Shown here: positions 45,394-54,814 of the stretch, piece after piece | Position numbering within the stretch: the first letter of the stretch is position 1 | How the letters are laid out: every line of letters starts with the position of its first letter | NCBI GenBank assembly: GCA_963814235.1 | Contig: CAWFCA010000013.1 | Coordinates: 29,548 to 93,547 of the forward strand | DNA: 64,000 nucleotides | Source of the DNA: Bryobacterales bacterium | GTDB lineage: Bacteria > Acidobacteriota > Terriglobia > Bryobacterales > Bryobacteraceae | Direction of reading: 5' to 3' | The notes under the pieces: generated by a model | The model's input: only the letters and a program-made list of their open reading frames with translations | Told to the model about the DNA's origin: nothing | Databases searched by the model: none | Program-made: the position numbers and the translations under genes

Positions 45394-48101
45394 CGCCGTA
45401 CTCCTATCCCACTGAGCCAAGCACCGCTGACTCACGCCCAGTCCCCGCCGTGGAACACTCCCTGATCCGTGCGCACGGTTGGGCCGCCGTCATCACTCTT
45501 TTCGTTTCCGCGCTGTTTGGTACCCTCGTGGCCGCCAAATTCAACTTTCCGGATTTCCTTGGCGGGCAGGCCTGGTCCACCTGGGGCCGACTGCGTTACA
45601 ACCACACCCAGGGCATCTTCTTCGGATGGCTTGGCAATGCCTTTCTGGTGTTTCTTTACTATGCGGTCCCCAGGTTAGCGGACCGGCCAGTGCTGAGCCG
45701 CCGTTTGGGATGGTGGCTGTTCGGGCTCTGGAACTTCGCAGTCGTCCTGCCTGGTTGGGTCCTTGTCTTTTTGGGATTTAGTCAGCCCCTCGAATGGGCT
45801 GAGTTCCCTCTGATCGTGGATGTGTTCGTGGTGATCGCCTTTGCCGTCATCGTCGCCCAATTCGTCGTCCCCTTCCTTCGGACCAATCTTGGTGAGCTCT
45901 ATGTATCGGGCTGGTACATCATTGGCTCGCTCGTGTTCACATTGCTCGCGTATCCAATAGGAAATATCGTTCCGGAATTGGTCCCTGGTGCGCGGGGCGC
46001 CGCATTTAGCGGCTTGTGGATTCATGACGCCATCGGACTTTATGTGACTCCCCTTGCCGTGGCGATAGCGTACTTTGTTATTCCCGGGGTCACCCGCCGG
46101 CCGATCTACAGCCACTTCCTGTCCATGGTCGGCTTTTGGCTGCTGTTCTTCATCTACCCCCTGAACGGCACTCACCATTACGTCTTCTCCGCGATCCCCA
46201 TGTCGGCGCAGAAGAGCGCCATCGTTGCCTCGGCGTATTTGGGAATGGATGTCATTCTGGTCGTCGCGAATCTGCTGCTCTCGCTGCGCGGAAGCAGCGG
46301 CGCGGTAGGGCGCGATATTCCACTTCGATTCGTGTGGACTGGAACAATCTTTTATCTGGTGGTGAGCCTGCAGGGCTCGCTTCAGGCCATGATGCCCATC
46401 AACCAACTGATGCACTTCAGCGATTGGGTCATCGGCCATTCGCATCTGGCGATGTTCGGTTTCGCAAGCTTTACGGCGATCGGCGGGATGACGTATGTTT
46501 GGCAGCGAACTCCGGGTGTTCGCTACAACCAGCGTGCAATGGCGTGGTCGTTTTGGATGCTATCGATCGGGCTCGGACTGATGGTTCTCGATCTGACAGC
46601 CGCTGGCGTGATCGAAGGCCAGATGTGGAGCGGCAGTGCGCCCTGGCTGGATTCCGTGCGCGCCGTTCGCGGCTACTGGCTCACCCGTAGTATCGCCGCA
46701 ATTCCAAGCCTGGCGGGCTTCCTTCTGTTCTGGGCGGGAATTACGACGGGTCAACGAATGACAGGGATCGCTCCGCAGGATCAGACCGCCCGTGAACTGC
46801 TGACCGACAGCAAAGACGTCGGCGAATTCATGCAACAACCCGTGACTCTGTCGGTGAGCGGGCCAAAATGGTTTAACCTCGCGTTTGTAATCGCTTTTGT
46901 GGCGGGCGTCGGCTTCTTTGCTCTTTCATTCCTGGTGTTGGGTATCATCCCTGGACAGGCTCTCGCTCGGCAGATCAAAATCACCGCGCCCGCGAGTATG
47001 CCGATGCTCACTGCAAGTGAAGAGCACGGAAGGTTCGTTTATGGCCGCGAAGGCTGCGCTTACTGCCATACACAACAGGTGCGGTTTCTGGAACGTGATG
47101 CAAATCGCTGGGGACCGCCAACCGAAGCATGGGAGACCAAGTATGATTACCCGCAGCTCTGGGGTACCCGGCGCGTAGGTCCCGATCTTGCGCGTGAGTC
47201 GGGTGTCCGCTCACCCGACTGGCAATTAACTCATCTGTTCAACCCCCGGCTGATCGTGGCCGACTCCGTTATGCCCGGCTACCCGTGGTTATTCCGGCAG
47301 TCCGCCAACGCCCCCACCCAGGAAGGACAGGATCTTCTCGCGTACGTTCAATCGTTGGGTCGCGCGCGGCAAATCTCCGGATACGATTCCAACAACTTAA
47401 TGGCTTCCATGGGAGATGCATCCGCAATGTCATCCATGTTTTCACATTCCGGTTCCTTAGTGGCACACGCAAATGCGCCGCGGCAGGATCAATCGAGTCC
47501 TGTGTGGACGCTTGCCTCCGATCCCAGCGAGTATCAGCGAGACGTCCGCTACGGCGCCGCCGTATTCCAGTCCAACTGCGCCTCCTGCCACGGGGCGGAG
47601 GGGAAGGGCGATGGCCGCGGGGCCGAAACCTTGTTGCCCCGCCCGCGCAATCTCACCGCAGTGCGCGCTACCCCGGAGCAGCTCAGCGCAATCCTCTGGA
47701 ATGGAGTTGCAGGTGCTTCGATGCCTGCGTGGCGGGATCTGCCGGAACACGACCTTCGCTCACTGGTTGCTTACCTCACGTCAATCGGAACCAGCCCGGA
47801 GACCGTTGGCTCCAACGGTCCGGATGATGCCGCGAAGAAGCTCTTCACGGAAAACTGCGTGAGCTGCCACGGTTCGGAAGGCGCGGCAGATGGGGTTGCT
47901 TCCCGGGCCCTCGCGCCGCGTCCCACAAATTTTCGCGCGGAGCAGCCCTCGGCGGAATACGCCACGAAAGCGCTGCGCGAAGGCGTGCCTGGAACGGCGA
48001 TGCCCAACTGGCGCGAGAAGTTAAACGAAGACGAGCGGCGTCAACTGGTCGTCTATGTACGGTCTCTTTTTGGGCCTCGTGACGCTGGGGAGGTGCGCTA
48101 A
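45390..48101 (+). CDS. Fused cbb3-type oxidase: CcoN-like + CcoO-like + two extra cytochrome c domains
   Basis: GRLRYNHT, WIHDAIG, FIYPLNGTHH, DWVIGHSH; REGCAYCHTQQVR, WGTRRVGPDLAR, SVMPGY; CASCH; CVSCH. Confidence 0.88.
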   Translation: MTPYSYPTEPSTADSRPVPAVEHSLIRAHGWAAVITLFVSALFGTLVAAKFNFPDFLGGQAWSTWGRLRYNHTQGIFFGWLGNAFLVFLYYAVPRLADRPVLSRRLGWWLFGLWNFAVVLPGWVLVFLGFSQPLEWAEFPLIVDVFVVIAFAVIVAQFVVPFLRTNLGELYVSGWYIIGSLVFTLLAYPIGNIVPELVPGARGAAFSGLWIHDAIGLYVTPLAVAIAYFVIPGVTRRPIYSHFLSMVGFWLLFFIYPLNGTHHYVFSAIPMSAQKSAIVASAYLGMDVILVVANLLLSLRGSSGAVGRDIPLRFVWTGTIFYLVVSLQGSLQAMMPINQLMHFSDWVIGHSHLAMFGFASFTAIGGMTYVWQRTPGVRYNQRAMAWSFWMLSIGLGLMVLDLTAAGVIEGQMWSGSAPWLDSVRAVRGYWLTRSIAAIPSLAGFLLFWAGITTGQRMTGIAPQDQTARELLTDSKDVGEFMQQPVTLSVSGPKWFNLAFVIAFVAGVGFFALSFLVLGIIPGQALARQIKITAPASMPMLTASEEHGRFVYGREGCAYCHTQQVRFLERDANRWGPPTEAWETKYDYPQLWGTRRVGPDLARESGVRSPDWQLTHLFNPRLIVADSVMPGYPWLFRQSANAPTQEGQDLLAYVQSLGRARQISGYDSNNLMASMGDASAMSSMFSHSGSLVAHANAPRQDQSSPVWTLASDPSEYQRDVRYGAAVFQSNCASCHGAEGKGDGRGAETLLPRPRNLTAVRATPEQLSAILWNGVAGASMPAWRDLPEHDLRSLVAYLTSIGTSPETVGSNGPDDAAKKLFTENCVSCHGSEGAADGVASRALAPRPTNFRAEQPSAEYATKALREGVPGTAMPNWREKLNEDERRQLVVYVRSLFGPRDAGEVR

Positions 48102-48265
48102 TGTTTACCGCGATCGTCACGACTGCGAGCGCAATTGCCGGGGGATTCATTGTGCTGTTTTGGCTCCGGCCGGACTTTCGCAAGTGGGTCGAGGCCCCCA
48201 AATACAAATTTCTGGTGCAGGAGCGCCGGTTCGACGCCGCCGTATCGAAAGACAGTGACAAATGA
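48101..48265 (+). CDS. 54-aa single-TM protein, possible oxidase accessory subunit (CcoQ/CcoS-like role)
   Basis: TAATG coupling to the oxidase; MFTAIVTTASAIAGGFIVLFWLRPDFRKWVEAPKYKFL...; below the ORF-track cutoff. Confidence 0.6.
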   Translation: MFTAIVTTASAIAGGFIVLFWLRPDFRKWVEAPKYKFLVQERRFDAAVSKDSDK

Positions 48266-48284
48266 CTTGCAAAGGGGCATTTCC

Positions 48285-48800
48285 ATGTCGTTAATCAAGG
48301 TTTTCGCAATATATTCGAATTCGCAAAAGGTCGAAGCTGCGGTTGACAGGCTGCTTTCATCCGGATTCCGGGCAAGCGCCATCTCGGCTCTGCACCCCGA
48401 CAATCAGAGCACGCGCGAGTTCGCGCAGAGGAAAGGCACCCGACCTCCGGCCAACACTGCGGAAGGCACATCAGCGTCCGTGCCGCTTGATGGCACCTGG
48501 GGTCTCCTGGACCCTGGTGCGGGTCCAGTTACCGGTGCCCTTTCATCTGCTCTGGCAGATATGGGAGTGCCCCCGGAGTGGTGTGAGCGTAGGGTGGTTG
48601 ACGGCGGCAAGGTGCTTCTTTCCGTTAAGTGTGATCGGCCCGAGCAAGTTGCCGATGTTGCTGAAATTCTCAGAGCTACGGGAGCAGAAGAGGTTGACTC
48701 GGCAGTCGGTTCAACGGAGGAAACAAGTCAGCCGAAAGCCGAGAGGCGGTCCGGCGGGGAACAAGAGCCCTGGTCCGAAATAGGTTCTAGAAACACATAG
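48285..48800 (+). CDS. General-stress / DUF3341-like hypothetical protein
   Basis: VFAIYSNSQKVEAAVDRLLSSGF..ISAL, GPVTGAL, GKVLLSV, EILRATGAEEV. Confidence 0.6.
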   Translation: MSLIKVFAIYSNSQKVEAAVDRLLSSGFRASAISALHPDNQSTREFAQRKGTRPPANTAEGTSASVPLDGTWGLLDPGAGPVTGALSSALADMGVPPEWCERRVVDGGKVLLSVKCDRPEQVADVAEILRATGAEEVDSAVGSTEETSQPKAERRSGGEQEPWSEIGSRNT

Positions 48801-49151
48801 CACTTAGTTAATGCTCGTTCCAAGTTGAGCGGTCGCTGGATCGGATCCGAATGTCGGCAGGTGTCATGATTACGACGAGCTCGCAATGAGGATTCTCCAC
48901 TGGATACAAGCTTACGGGACAGCATTCCATCCATTTTGTAGCGACGAGTTGTGCCTCTTTCAGATACGCCGCACAGTGGCCGCTCGTTTAGTGTTGGCTA
49001 ATTCACTCAGCTGACTGCTGGCGAAGCGTGGGTAACGAGTAGCAAGGCCGCTCAGTTTATGAGTCCTGGTCGTCCTCCGATTTATTACCAGAAGGCCGGA
49101 GGTTCGCGCCGTGCCCCCGTTTTTCGGGTTGCAACGGCCGTGGCGTTTCTT

Positions 49152-49370
49152 TTAGCGCTGTTGCTTCGCGCGGCGCCGGACATTTTCGAATAAGATCAGC
49201 GACAGAGCTCCAAAGAGAATCGGTCCACACCAATGCTCGTCGGCCACGCGGGGCAAAACGAATACCGCTAACGCGATACACACAAGAATTGCCACCGTGA
49301 GGCTAGCGTCCTCTACAAATAGTCCCCAGAGTTCCCGGACTGCCGCAAAAAACGTCTTCTAGGGCCGTCG
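49152..49370 (-). CDS. Small membrane protein; start uncertain
   Basis: Manual translation RELWGLFVEDASLTVAILVCIALAVFVLP...LILFENVRRRAKQQR*. Confidence 0.5.
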
Positions 49371-49945
49371 GAACGGAACGTTCGCGCCTTGCGGCAACGA
49401 CAGTTAGTGCCGAGATCGTAAGAAAGCCTGCTATCAATGCAAGGAGTGCCAAGTCCTCACGCCACCAGGGAAATGCCAGACCTCCGCCGACCCAGAAAAC
49501 GCCAAACGCTGAGAGTAAGACTCCTACTGCGAATTTCAGCATGTTTTCCGGCACTTGTGCCAGCGGTCTTCTCAGAATAAAGCCTACGATGATGACGAGT
49601 ACGCCAGCAGCGGCGGCCCCCCAGTGCAGCGGGCACCAACATACCGCCTGCTCCGGTGGCAATCACGATGAAGATCACCTGAAGGCCTTCCAGCATCACC
49701 GCCTTAAACGAAGTGGCAATTGCTCCCCAATCCGTGTGTATGCGCGGTCCCGGTGACACCTGCTTCAGATCTGCAGTCTCTCTTGCGTAGATTGCCGCTT
49801 CATCATGCAAGCTAATTACGCCTGCGGAGCGACGGACTGCTTTCCGCAGCCAACGCTTGGCACTATCCGGGGGTGGCGATCCGCTCTTCTTGGCGACGCG
49901 AGAAATGCAGCAGAAACCGCAGTTCCTGCATGAGCCCAGTTCATT
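49340..49945 (-). pseudogene. COG4280-like membrane protein, degraded
   Basis: MNWAHAGTAVSAAFLAS, FKAVMLEGLQVIFIV, PLAQVPENMLKFAVGVLLSAFGVFW in different frames. Confidence 0.65.
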
Positions 49946-50220
49946 CCACTATTCTCTCCGACAACTCCAATCGGGCGGGTCATGCTCCAGTGCTCACCTT
50001 CACCGCATTTAGGGCGCTGTCTCACCGTATGCTGTAGATCCCAGGCGCCTGAATCCCATTACTGGGAGATCGGAGCGCGACTGCGTGAGGTCGAACGACG
50101 ATGGCATCGGTTCGCCTTTCCGTGCGCGACCGTTTTCCCCGAGCAGTAATTGCCAGTGCGGTGGTCGGGAATGGAAAAACAGTCCGGCGGCTCCGTTGTA
50201 CGCTTACTTCCAGGCTTGCA

Positions 50221-51600
50221 ATGCGGATTCCTCAACCCGATCCCAATTCACGAGACAGTATCCCATCCACCTTGCTGCAGCAGGGAGCCACGCTCTTCTG
50301 GACCGCAGTATTGCTTACGGGGGTGCTTACCGGAATTGGTGCGGCAGCGCTAACACGTCTGCTCGAAGCGATGCAGCGCTGGATGTGGCACGGTTCCGGG
50401 ACCGATCTGCTCGCCGCCGCCACCCGCGCCACCTCACTTCGTCGCGTCTTGGTGCTATTCGCCGCAGGAGTTGTGACCGGAATAGGGCAGATTATTTTAA
50501 AGCGACTTTCGAGCGGGAACGGCATTGACACCACGGCTGCGATCTGGTTCCACGCAGGACGTTTGCCGGCGTTTCGCACACTCGGCAGCGCCATTCTTTC
50601 TGTGCTGGTGGTGGGCATGGGCGCTTCGCTGGGCCGCGAAGGTGCGCCGAAGCAAGCGGGAGCCGTCTTCGCAAATTTCTTCGCCGGGAGGGCGCAGCTG
50701 TCTGATGAACAGCGCAGGCTTTTGGTGGCGTGCGCCGCGGGTGCCGGCATGGCGGCGGCCTACGGCGTCCCGTTGGGAGGGGCCCTTTTTGCGCTTGAAG
50801 TAATGCGGGGAATGCTCGCTCTTCGCTATGTACTGCCCGCTCTTCTTACTTCGGTTGTCGCGACCGGCGTCGCGTGGATCGTGCTGCCGGACGCACCAAC
50901 ATACGTGATTCCCTCTTACTCGAGTTCGCCCTCAGTCGTAGTGTGGGCGTTGTTGGCTGGCCCAATCGCGGGCTTGTTCTCCGTGGCGTACGTCCGCCTC
51001 CTCACATGGTCTGAGCGTCAGAAACCTCGGGACTGGCTCCGTATTGTTACCCCGGTACTCGCCCTTGGATTTCTTGGCGTCGTGTCGATATGGTTTCCTC
51101 AGTTGCTTGGAAACGGCAGGGATATTTCTCAGTTGTGTTTCTCAAGCGCCGCCGCGCCAGGCCTGATGGCGATTCTTATGATATTGAAGCCCGCAGCTAC
51201 CGCAATGTGCGTGCGTAGCGGCGTACCCGGCGGCCTGTTCACACCTTCGCTCACCGCAGGCGCCATGCTGGGCGGTGTCTTAGGCTGGGCGTGGTCATTA
51301 TTAATGCCCCGTACGGAGCCGGGATTATTTTGCCTATTAGGGGCAGGAGCGGTACTGGCCGCGACCACACAAGGACCAATCTCCACAGTAGTCCTCATGA
51401 TGGAACTTACCGGCCGCGACAGGTCCTTCATCTTGCCCCTCATAATCGCGGCAGGGACGGCCACAATCGTCGCCCGCACAATCGAGCCCCGATCGATCTA
51501 CGACGCAAGATTGAGCGAGGAGGAGATCGAAGCTCGGCAGAAAGTTCGCGACCTGGCGCACATGCCACCATCTCTGGTCGAGGACGTCGATAAAAAGTGA
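50221..51600 (+). CDS. CLC chloride channel/antiporter family protein
   Basis: GASLGREGAP, AAYGVPLGGALFALE, GGLFTPSL, VLMMELTG; start uncertain. Confidence 0.88.
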   Translation: MRIPQPDPNSRDSIPSTLLQQGATLFWTAVLLTGVLTGIGAAALTRLLEAMQRWMWHGSGTDLLAAATRATSLRRVLVLFAAGVVTGIGQIILKRLSSGNGIDTTAAIWFHAGRLPAFRTLGSAILSVLVVGMGASLGREGAPKQAGAVFANFFAGRAQLSDEQRRLLVACAAGAGMAAAYGVPLGGALFALEVMRGMLALRYVLPALLTSVVATGVAWIVLPDAPTYVIPSYSSSPSVVVWALLAGPIAGLFSVAYVRLLTWSERQKPRDWLRIVTPVLALGFLGVVSIWFPQLLGNGRDISQLCFSSAAAPGLMAILMILKPAATAMCVRSGVPGGLFTPSLTAGAMLGGVLGWAWSLLMPRTEPGLFCLLGAGAVLAATTQGPISTVVLMMELTGRDRSFILPLIIAAGTATIVARTIEPRSIYDARLSEEEIEARQKVRDLAHMPPSLVEDVDKK

Positions 51601-51827
51601 AACTCTGAGAGGCCGGCAAACAAGCTGGCTGGTCTCCACGTTGTCTCCTCCATTCCCGCGATATCGTTATCCAGAATTGAAACATCAGGGCATCAAACTG
51701 CCGCTCCTTGGCGGACCAGCCATGCCATACCCGATCCACTCCTGGCATCAATTCGCGATGGTGTTCAACTTCTGCCGTCCAGGAATGATAGAGATGCCGC
51801 GCGGCTGACGCCGGTTAGCCCGCGCCG

Positions 51828-52005
51828 GATCAGTGGCACTCATACGACGTGGAGGTGGCGGGGGATCACGTGACCGCCACTCTCGAAGGCAAGAAGGTGC
51901 TGGACGGGCGTGACTCAAAGTTCAACTCGGGCTTCATTGGTTTACAGCACCACAAAAGACAACAGGGCCGAGTTACGGAATATGCTGATTAGGCCATTGA
52001 CCAAG
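51828..52005 (+). pseudogene. 3' remnant of a DUF1080 (3-keto-disaccharide hydrolase-like) gene
   Basis: DQWHSYDVEVAGDHVTATLEGKKVLDGRDSKFNSGFIGLQHH. Confidence 0.6.
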
Positions 52006-52007
52006 TC

Positions 52008-52049
52008 ATCGGACGCCCCGTAAAGCCTCTCATTGTGTCCGCCGAAGAC
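52008..52049 (+). repeat. 42-bp inverted copy of the IS630 transposase 5' region (25138-25179)
   Basis: ATCGGACGCCCCGTAAAGCCTCTCATTGTGTCCGCCGAAGAC matches the reverse complement of 25138-25179 at 41/42 nt. Confidence 0.85.
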
Positions 52050-52194
52050 TAGTGTACGCGCCGCGATGAGAATTGATTTCGGCTCGGTCTTTGTCGTCCA
52101 GGAGGAAATACTTGGCTAATTGAGCGGGTGCAGGGTTTCCGTTATAGCGGCCATATCGGCGGGCTTGTTCAGGCGTCAGAAGTTCTACAGGCAC
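52050..52194 (-). pseudogene. Tn3-family transposase N-terminal remnant (DUF4158-like)
   Basis: VPVELLTPEQARRYGRYNGNPAPAQLAKYFLLDDKDRAEINSHRG. Confidence 0.8.
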
Positions 52195-52381
52195 GTTCAG
52201 GTTATCTCCAAGAGAGAATGAGTCCGCCCCAACCTGGCTTACGATCCGGGGGAGGAGATGACCTGCAAAATCCAAAAAGGTGCGGGAGGTTTTTTCAGCT
52301 TAGCGCAAAAGAAAAATGCCAAAACCCGGCCACAAGCGCCGTCCTGGTCACCGTAACTGACTGAAGCTCTTCGAGATATTC

Positions 52382-52419
52382 CTTAGCGCTACTTTTCGTT
52401 CCAAAACTACCGACACCCC
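52382..52419 (-). mobile_element. Tn3-family 38-bp terminal inverted repeat
   Basis: GGGGTGTCGGTAGTTTTGGAACGAAAAGTAGCGCTAAG: 38 bp, GGGG...TAAG, upstream of the tnpA remnant. Confidence 0.85.
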
Positions 52420-52526
52420 AGGTCGCAGTCTGACCGCAGGCCATCTGCCTCAGTCATGACCCGAGTGTGACAATCCAACACGAATCCAATACCGTGGGTG
52501 GTGCACGGCATAAGCTCGAATCGTTC

Positions 52527-53351
52527 TCACCGTCCTAGCAAGTCTGATAAAAGCGCGCGAACCGAGCGACCTAAATTAGCATTGCTGGCTAAAGCAACTA
52601 GTCTCGGCCGTGCGGTCGAGATCATCGGCTCACCGGAATTTAAAACCGCCAGAATTGCAGCTGTCTGTACGTCGGAGTCGTCTGATTCAAGAGCCTCCAT
52701 CACGATGTCTCCAAGCACCTTATGGTCTGAGTGCGCAAGACCGATGGATGAGAGTATCGCCGAACGTACACCGGGTTCTTTGTGATCGTCAAAGTAACGC
52801 CTTACCAGTTCTGCGTTCTGAGGGCTATTCCCGTCAAGGTGCATAAGCGCATCGATAGCCGCGATCTTGCTTTGGGTAGGACCTCGCTCAGATTGTACAA
52901 AGCGCCTCAGAGCCCCAACCGACGAAGATCCCCGTTTTGGTTTCATAGTCCCGAGAATTTCCCCTGAGAGTCCCGAAACATCCTCATCCGAATCATATAA
53001 CTGCACTTCCAGAAGTGTCCTGGCTGGCGCAGCCAATGCCGCCCCGTCAGGTCTCTTCGCGATGTGTTGGATTGCGAGCAGCGAGGCCATCCTCACATCG
53101 TGATTCTGACTTCTGGCCGATCGGAAGATTGCATTGAGTGCATCACTCACGTCGCGCGGATCGGCACCGTCTACCTGATCCAGTGTCCTCGCCAACGACG
53201 TTGGGCTCAACAATTCGCTCGATTCCAGTGGCGTTTGCGCGAGAGCGGCGAATAGCTCCTGAACGCTCTTGCCACCTTGCCCGCGCAGAGACATTAGCCC
53301 GACTTGGAAAAGCAGGACGATCTTCAACAACGCGCCAAAACGAAAGTTCAT
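52527..53351 (-). CDS. Exported HEAT-repeat protein
   Basis: Signal peptide; repeats such as SQNHDVRMASL, DSDEDVSG, EPGVRSAIL, SDDSDVQTAA. Confidence 0.65.
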   Translation of the reverse strand: MNFRFGALLKIVLLFQVGLMSLRGQGGKSVQELFAALAQTPLESSELLSPTSLARTLDQVDGADPRDVSDALNAIFRSARSQNHDVRMASLLAIQHIAKRPDGAALAAPARTLLEVQLYDSDEDVSGLSGEILGTMKPKRGSSSVGALRRFVQSERGPTQSKIAAIDALMHLDGNSPQNAELVRRYFDDHKEPGVRSAILSSIGLAHSDHKVLGDIVMEALESDDSDVQTAAILAVLNSGEPMISTARPRLVALASNANLGRSVRALLSDLLGR

Positions 53352-53363
53352 ATAGAGTACCTC

Positions 53364-54110
53364 TTATTGTACCGGAACGGCTACAGCAGTGGTCTGGTCT
53401 GTTATTGTCCCTATTTGAAGCAAGCACGGCCCAATAAAGTTTGTACTGCTACTCGGCGGAGTATACGGGTACACGAGTTTTCCGTTGACTTTAGCCTGAT
53501 GTGAGGGATAGCAGGTGTGATTGTAGTTCACATAAGCAGTAGGCGCATTTGGATTTGTTACATCAATCACAACCCGCATGTCCCAAGAAATCTTCGCCGT
53601 TTGGCCCGCGAGGGGATTTGCGCCCGTTCCATTGAAATGTACTTGGCCCTGATTTGAGCTCGGAAAGGCTGTGTCTTGGAGTAACGTATCTGTAGCAGCA
53701 TGCCCGATCGCATTCTCGAGATAGCAATCTCCGAGTCGGTTGTCGTCGTCGGCTGAAGTTAAATTGGGAGGCGATATCGGTGACCCGAAAGCATATTGGT
53801 AAATGAACCCCGTATCGGGGAAGAAGCCTGAAAAGGTCTGCCTTTTGGAGTGGTGGAGATCGATTCCGAGACCCTGTACGTATTGCGGTTTGCGTCTCCC
53901 TTATACATCAAAGATGTATTGTTATTAACGTACAAGCAACTCCAAATGCTGCTGCCGTGGTCTACAGGGATGTATGCACTGTATTGAACGCCAAATGTTC
54001 TCACTGGGCTGGAAGACACCTGCACGGGAACAGAATTTGCTCTTGATCTGAGCGGTCACCGCAACGCTGGCTGATCCCGCCCGAAGAGCTATATGTGACA
54101 ACACCACCGC
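53364..54110 (-). pseudogene. Frameshifted / 5'-truncated beta-rich protein, DUF3238-like C-terminal domain
   Basis: Joined frames: YSAYIPVDH..YKGDANR..ANPLAG..ISWDMRVVID..NHTCYPSHQAKVN; AT-richer sequence. Confidence 0.45.
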
Positions 54111-54309
54111 TGTTGATTTGTGGAGCAGTGACCGTTTGTTTAGGCTGGCTAAAAAACAGGTATTATTGACGCATGCACAGTAAGCTGATGCGCCTGTGGT
54201 TACGAGATGACTGCCCGATGCAGTCGAGTCGATTGAATCGTTGAATGTACGCGTCAGCGGGGAATTGGTCGTTGCAGAAAAGCTCCCGTGGACATCAGAC
54301 GCGCCAATG

Positions 54310-54693
54310 TTACGTCGTTCCCAAGTGGTGAGAGCTAATTGTTCCGTGGCAACAGCCGGCCTTGTCTACAACGGGCAGACTCGTCGCCTGGTGTGTGTCA
54401 AGTTTGCGTCGGGCGTCTTCCAGTGATTCATCCAGGCCGCAGCAGGAGGACGCAGGACGCATAATCTCTTCAACCGGAACTTCCGAGGCCCTCCGATCAT
54501 TGGCCGCTACGCTGTGACACATGTCACGTTCAGTCACGACGCCTACCAAGCGACGGCTCTGTTTGTCGTCCACAACGGGCGCGCAGCCGCATCCCGTCTT
54601 GCGCATCGCCATCGCGGCATGCTGTGCTGTCTCGCGCGGCGTGCAACACGAATCTGTCTTAACCGGTTCCATCTTGTCTTTACAACAACTCAT
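54310..54693 (-). CDS. Cys-rich CBS-pair protein
   Basis: APVVDD..LVGVVTERDM, VEEIM, LPVVD..GTIS; 11 Cys in 127 aa. Confidence 0.8.
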   Translation of the reverse strand: MSCCKDKMEPVKTDSCCTPRETAQHAAMAMRKTGCGCAPVVDDKQSRRLVGVVTERDMCHSVAANDRRASEVPVEEIMRPASSCCGLDESLEDARRKLDTHQATSLPVVDKAGCCHGTISSHHLGTT

Positions 54694-54814
54694 TGACTTT
54701 CCCCTTCGTTTTATTGACGGCTTCTGGCACAACTGCCAGACTAAAATTGACGGTCACCCGTGCTTCTGAGTTGCACCCGTTTTCGCCCTGGGACAGCCTA
54801 AGTGTCTAGGACCT

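Noticed and set aside
49960-50220. Possible fluoride or yybP-ykoY riboswitch between the COG4280-like gene and the CLC gene
   Set aside because: Only a GGTGAGAC fragment is present and no full consensus fold is visible. The CLC has GREGAP rather than the GREGT of fluoride-specific CLCs.
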